From contig PFAI01000024.1 in assembly GCA_002763225.1 (NCBI GenBank), forward strand, positions 1 through 10,757: DNA of 10,757 nt. The letters are read 5' to 3'. Both the position numbers and the translations under genes were made by a program. Below are positions 7,927 to 10,757 of the stretch, in pieces. The stretch comes from Candidatus Diapherotrites archaeon CG10_big_fil_rev_8_21_14_0_10_31_34. Lineage in GTDB: Archaea > Iainarchaeota > Iainarchaeia > Iainarchaeales > 1-14-0-10-31-34. Each line of letters begins with the position of its first letter. Position 1 is the stretch's first letter. The notes under the pieces were generated by a model, which was given only the letters and a program-made list of their open reading frames with translations, was not told the DNA's origin and did no database searches.

Positions 7927-9816
7927 TTAATTTAACTTTGGGCTTAATGCACTTAAATCTTTTGCTGACACAAGATAAACTTTAGAATACTGATTTTCAT
8001 AAATTTTTTTTCCAATGCTTCCAATTCTGCCAAAATCATCGCATCTTAAATAAACATCATTCAAATAAACTGCATAAGGCTTTCCTTCATCACATGAAAC
8101 AGCAAAACCAAAAGCAGTGTAATATTTATTTGAACCCCATGAACTAAACTGGCTTACCGGAGTAAGCTTTTCTCCAATAATATTTTCTCTGGAAAACTCT
8201 GATCCAAATAACTGGTTTGCTTCCCCGTACTGTGTTTCAGTAAACAATATTGGGGCTGCAACAGAAGAAAACGCTAAAAGCATTATTGGAATAAAATAAA
8301 ATGGTTTTCTGTGGAAAACCAGTACTGCTGCACCTCCCAAAAGAATAGATGTTGCTTCAAGCGAAGCATGGACTCCATCCTGAAACTGAATGTGAATCAA
8401 AAACAACACAAGGAACAAAATTGCTAAAGCAAAAACCCCTATCTGCCTGTTTTTTGGATAAATAAAGAAAGCAGTTATTATAAGCAACGCAACAAGAGTG
8501 TAATGGATTATTTTTTCAGTTAACTGAGCTAACCCAAACTGAGAAACATAATTGTTAAAAAAAGAAACAAGTCTTCTGATAAAAGGAATTTCATCATATT
8601 TTTCTTCGGTAATAAATTCATTAGATGTTGGTTCAACAGAACTTTTTTGGTCAAAAGGATCTGCTTTAGCACTTAATTCTTCTTCTGTTATAATCCCTTT
8701 ACTGACATTTTTATCTAAGCCAGAGATTAAACTTCCTTCATCTATATCAACATAGCTTTGAGCCAAACCAAACAAATCAATTGAACTGGAATAAGTTGCT
8801 ACAAGAACAGTAAACATTAAAAAAATCGCAATATCAGTAAAATAAGCTTTTCTTGAAATTGCTTTTTTAAAGAAAAATATTGCAACAAAAAAACCAAACA
8901 CTGCAACAGTAATATACAAAGTAGTCAGATTAATGTAAGTAATTAAAAGCATTAAAACAACAAGGATTATTCTTGAGTTAAGCTTGTTAAAATACTTCAA
9001 ATAAATAAAAATAAAAACCAAAAAAATTACAAATTTTCCAATCATTTGAGGAGCCAAATGAATATTTTGAATAGGAAAAAATGCAATCAATACAGCAAAA
9101 ATTGCAAGTTTTTCATCAATTAAAGTTCTCAACAAAAGATAAAAAGACAAAAAAATCATTAAAAGGAAAAAAAACTTTAATAAAAAGAAAATGCTTGCAA
9201 CAGAAACTCCAAAAATTTTGGCAACAATTATAAAATAATAAAAATAAACAAAACTCACATTAACATAATTGTGTTCTCCAAAATCAGCGGGTTTAAATTC
9301 TCCTGTTTCAAGTTTAGTTAAATTTGTAAGCAGAATTCTTTCATCTCCAATTAAAATCTGAGGGGTAATCAAAGGGCCTAAAGTAGCAAAAAACAAAATG
9401 AAAAGAGAAACCCAAAAAATTTTTTTCTCCCCCTTAATCAAAGAATAAACAATTGAAGCTGCAATCAACCCAAAACCAATAAAATAAACCGGAGTATAAT
9501 CAACGCCTAAATCAAATCTTTGGAACAAAAAAGAAAAGAAAACCAGCAGGCCTCCAACAGAAACAATTGGAATAACTTTATTGAACTTAAACATCAGGAA
9601 AATTGCACCAAGAGAAACAAGAAAAGTTATTAAACCAAAAACAACTCTTAAAGTTATTTTTAATTCAGTTATTTGAGCAAAAAAAAGCATGTAAAAGAAA
9701 AAATAAATGAATAAAAAGGCAATAAAATAGTCATGCGAAAAAAAGCTTTCTGCTTTAGAATAAAATGATTCATAAAATGCTTTTGCTTTTTTGATTAAAC
9801 TGTTGTTTTCAAACAT
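7927..9816 (-). CDS. Polytopic membrane protein, putative GT-C-fold glycosyltransferase
   Basis: 629 aa with about 13-15 hydrophobic segments by eye. G-D158-E159 lies directly after a TM helix and is followed by a helix ending in TG, then an aromatic-rich helix ending IFGVS. It also has an acidic loop (aa 354-411) and a ~100-aa soluble C-terminal domain ending KIYENQYSKVY. GGTGA upstream. The CDS itself is well supported; the GT-C call is an inference. Confidence 0.6.
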   Translation of the reverse strand: MFENNSLIKKAKAFYESFYSKAESFFSHDYFIAFLFIYFFFYMLFFAQITELKITLRVVFGLITFLVSLGAIFLMFKFNKVIPIVSVGGLLVFFSFLFQRFDLGVDYTPVYFIGFGLIAASIVYSLIKGEKKIFWVSLFILFFATLGPLITPQILIGDERILLTNLTKLETGEFKPADFGEHNYVNVSFVYFYYFIIVAKIFGVSVASIFFLLKFFFLLMIFLSFYLLLRTLIDEKLAIFAVLIAFFPIQNIHLAPQMIGKFVIFLVFIFIYLKYFNKLNSRIILVVLMLLITYINLTTLYITVAVFGFFVAIFFFKKAISRKAYFTDIAIFLMFTVLVATYSSSIDLFGLAQSYVDIDEGSLISGLDKNVSKGIITEEELSAKADPFDQKSSVEPTSNEFITEEKYDEIPFIRRLVSFFNNYVSQFGLAQLTEKIIHYTLVALLIITAFFIYPKNRQIGVFALAILFLVLFLIHIQFQDGVHASLEATSILLGGAAVLVFHRKPFYFIPIMLLAFSSVAAPILFTETQYGEANQLFGSEFSRENIIGEKLTPVSQFSSWGSNKYYTAFGFAVSCDEGKPYAVYLNDVYLRCDDFGRIGSIGKKIYENQYSKVYLVSAKDLSALSPKLN

Positions 9817-10219
9817 TTCTTTTCACCACAAAAAAACCTAAAACAATTAAAACAAAAATAGCCAAACCAATTAAAATCCTGTAATCAGGCCTGACAACCA
9901 CTGAAGTAAAATAAAATTCATTTGAATCATCTTCAAAAACTTTTACTGCATAAAAACCCGGTTTTACATTCATTGTGTTTAAAACAAAAGTTTTTTTCCC
10001 ACTGTCTTTAAGAGAATTGTTTTCAAACAAAGGGCAATTAGATTTACTGCATTCTTTAACTTCATTTAAATTATAGTAATAAGACATTTCAACTGAAACC
10101 TTTGAATCAAACTCTAATAATACTTTTTCTCCGGGAAAAGAAACAAAAGGAATTGCTTTCAGAGAAAAACAAAAAGGAAGAAACAAAATAAAACAGAAAA
10201 AAACAAAGAGTTTATTCAC
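9809..10219 (-). CDS. Small exported, C-terminally membrane-anchored protein with a probable Ig-like domain
   Basis: 136 aa, GTG start preceded by GAGGT. Signal-peptide-like N-terminus (MNKLFVFFCFILFLPFCFS), a beta-strand-patterned middle with PGFYAVKV, and a C-terminal TM helix followed by KR. 8-bp overlaps with both neighbours. Confidence 0.75.
   Translation of the reverse strand: MNKLFVFFCFILFLPFCFSLKAIPFVSFPGEKVLLEFDSKVSVEMSYYYNLNEVKECSKSNCPLFENNSLKDSGKKTFVLNTMNVKPGFYAVKVFEDDSNEFYFTSVVVRPDYRILIGLAIFVLIVLGFFVVKRNV
9823..9827 (-). promoter_or_regulatory. Shine-Dalgarno-like motif GGTGA for the gene starting at 9816
   Basis: The minus strand reads gtGGTGAaaagaaATG. Confidence 0.55.
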
Positions 10220-10595
10220 TTAAAAACCTCTTCATTAAATGAATTCCTAAAAAAATTACGCTGGATAAAACCGCAGCAGAAGTAATAGTAGTTTTATTCA
10301 AAGGAAAATTAAACACAACAGTTAAAATAAAAGTTGAAAAAACAATTATTGCCATGCTTAAAACAACTGAAAGAACAAAAGTTTCAATTAAATCAGATTC
10401 CCTGATTATCAGCCTGTAAAACAGGTAACCGCAAAAGAAAAGAGCCAGAAATCCCACAAAAAATTCATGCAATGGAAAAGGAAAATAAATGCTTAAAGAT
10501 GAAACTGCAATAACAATCAAGCCAAAATTAAATAAATGAATCTTTGAAGAAAATTTTTCTGCAATCAAAAAGTATTTGTTTAAGTCAAAATTCAT
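10212..10595 (-). CDS. Small 4-TM membrane protein, DUF1616-like
   Basis: Pattern GFLALFFCGY...DLIETFVLSVVLSMAII...NFPLN resembles the archaeal DUF1616 N-terminal membrane region (lf.PGY...d.iEr..lS.glS.ai) as I recall it. I prefer the ATG at 10595 (127 aa) to the ORF-track TTG at 10640, because the extension would run through the TATA box. Confidence 0.65.
   Translation of the reverse strand: MNFDLNKYFLIAEKFSSKIHLFNFGLIVIAVSSLSIYFPFPLHEFFVGFLALFFCGYLFYRLIIRESDLIETFVLSVVLSMAIIVFSTFILTVVFNFPLNKTTITSAAVLSSVIFLGIHLMKRFLSE
10226..10230 (-). promoter_or_regulatory. Shine-Dalgarno-like motif GAGGT for the GTG start at 10219
   Basis: The minus strand reads aaGAGGTttttaaGTG. Confidence 0.5.
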
Positions 10596-10621
10596 GCAAT
10601 CCCATCTAATAATGTCAAAGT

Positions 10622-10640
10622 TATATAAATAGACTTTCAA
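10622..10640 (-). promoter_or_regulatory. Putative archaeal promoter (BRE-like purine run + TATA box) for the glycosylation operon
   Basis: The minus strand reads ttGAAAGtctaTTTATATAac. TTTATATA occupies 10629-10622 and ends 26 nt before the ATG at 10595. It lies in the largest intergenic gap of the window (10596-10650). Confidence 0.6.
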
Positions 10641-10650
10641 TGGGCTGTAA

Positions 10651-10757
10651 TCAACTGCTTTTTTGTGTTATTATGTAATTGATTGAATCATTTGAATCTG
10701 TTACTTGGAATTTAACTTTCATGTTTTGATCTTGAACAAAATATTGTCCGTATTGCG
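10651..10757 (-). CDS. C-terminal fragment of an upstream hypothetical protein (5'-truncated by the window edge)
   Basis: This is the longest minus-strand frame open from the edge: ...QYGQYFVQDQNMKVKFQVTDSNDSINYIITQKSS-TGA (stop at 10653-10651). The other two minus frames stop within about 15 codons. Too short to assign a function. Confidence 0.5.
   Translation of the reverse strand, partial: QYGQYFVQDQNMKVKFQVTDSNDSINYIITQKSS

Noticed and set aside
54..8755. Plus-strand ORFs in the track (54-266, 738-968, 1064-1360, 1403-1744, 2491-2802, 2855-3127, 5240-5542, 6827-7096, 8552-8755)
   Set aside because: All lie antisense to well-supported minus-strand genes, show no recognisable motifs, and have the Ser/Phe/Ile-rich composition expected of shadow frames.
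7927..9816. Calling the 629-aa protein AglB/STT3 or a Wzx flippase
   Set aside because: It has no WWDxG motif and only a short C-terminal domain, which argues against AglB. Its large hydrophilic loops and soluble tail do not fit the compact MATE/Wzx architecture.
9803..10029. 13-bp direct repeat ttgttttcaaaca (9803-9815 and 10017-10029), giving FENNSL in both adjacent proteins
   Set aside because: There are only two copies in low-complexity AT-rich sequence, the Ser/Leu codons differ, and the similarity does not extend. Most likely chance.
10596..10640. N-terminal extension of the DUF1616-like ORF from TTG 10640, as given in the track
   Set aside because: It spans the TATA/BRE-like element and has no SD motif. 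The ATG at 10595 fits archaeal promoter spacing better.

Overview
This AT-rich window (roughly 30% GC by eye) is almost entirely one tightly packed minus-strand operon for cell-surface glycan synthesis. In transcription order (right to left) it contains: the 3' end of an upstream gene, an archaeal-type TATA box, a DUF1616-like 4-TM protein, a small signal-peptide/Ig-like/C-terminally anchored protein, a 629-aa polytopic membrane protein with GT-C-type hallmarks, GT4, a divergent GT4, GT2, an NAD-dependent sugar epimerase-type SDR, GT4, a class I SAM methyltransferase, a GT4 with a 4-Cys insert, and a final GT4 that runs off the left edge and is missing from the ORF track. Most genes overlap by 4, 8 or 14 bp. 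The TATA box, the GGTGA/GAGGT ribosome-binding motifs and the DUF1616-like gene point to an archaeon. A small-genome DPANN-type lineage is my inference only. The most interesting element is the three-gene membrane module at the head of the operon, which could be an uncharacterised extracytoplasmic glycan transfer/polymerisation system without the AglB signature. I saw no RNA genes, CRISPR arrays or mobile elements. All family assignments come from motif recognition by eye; no database searches were run.
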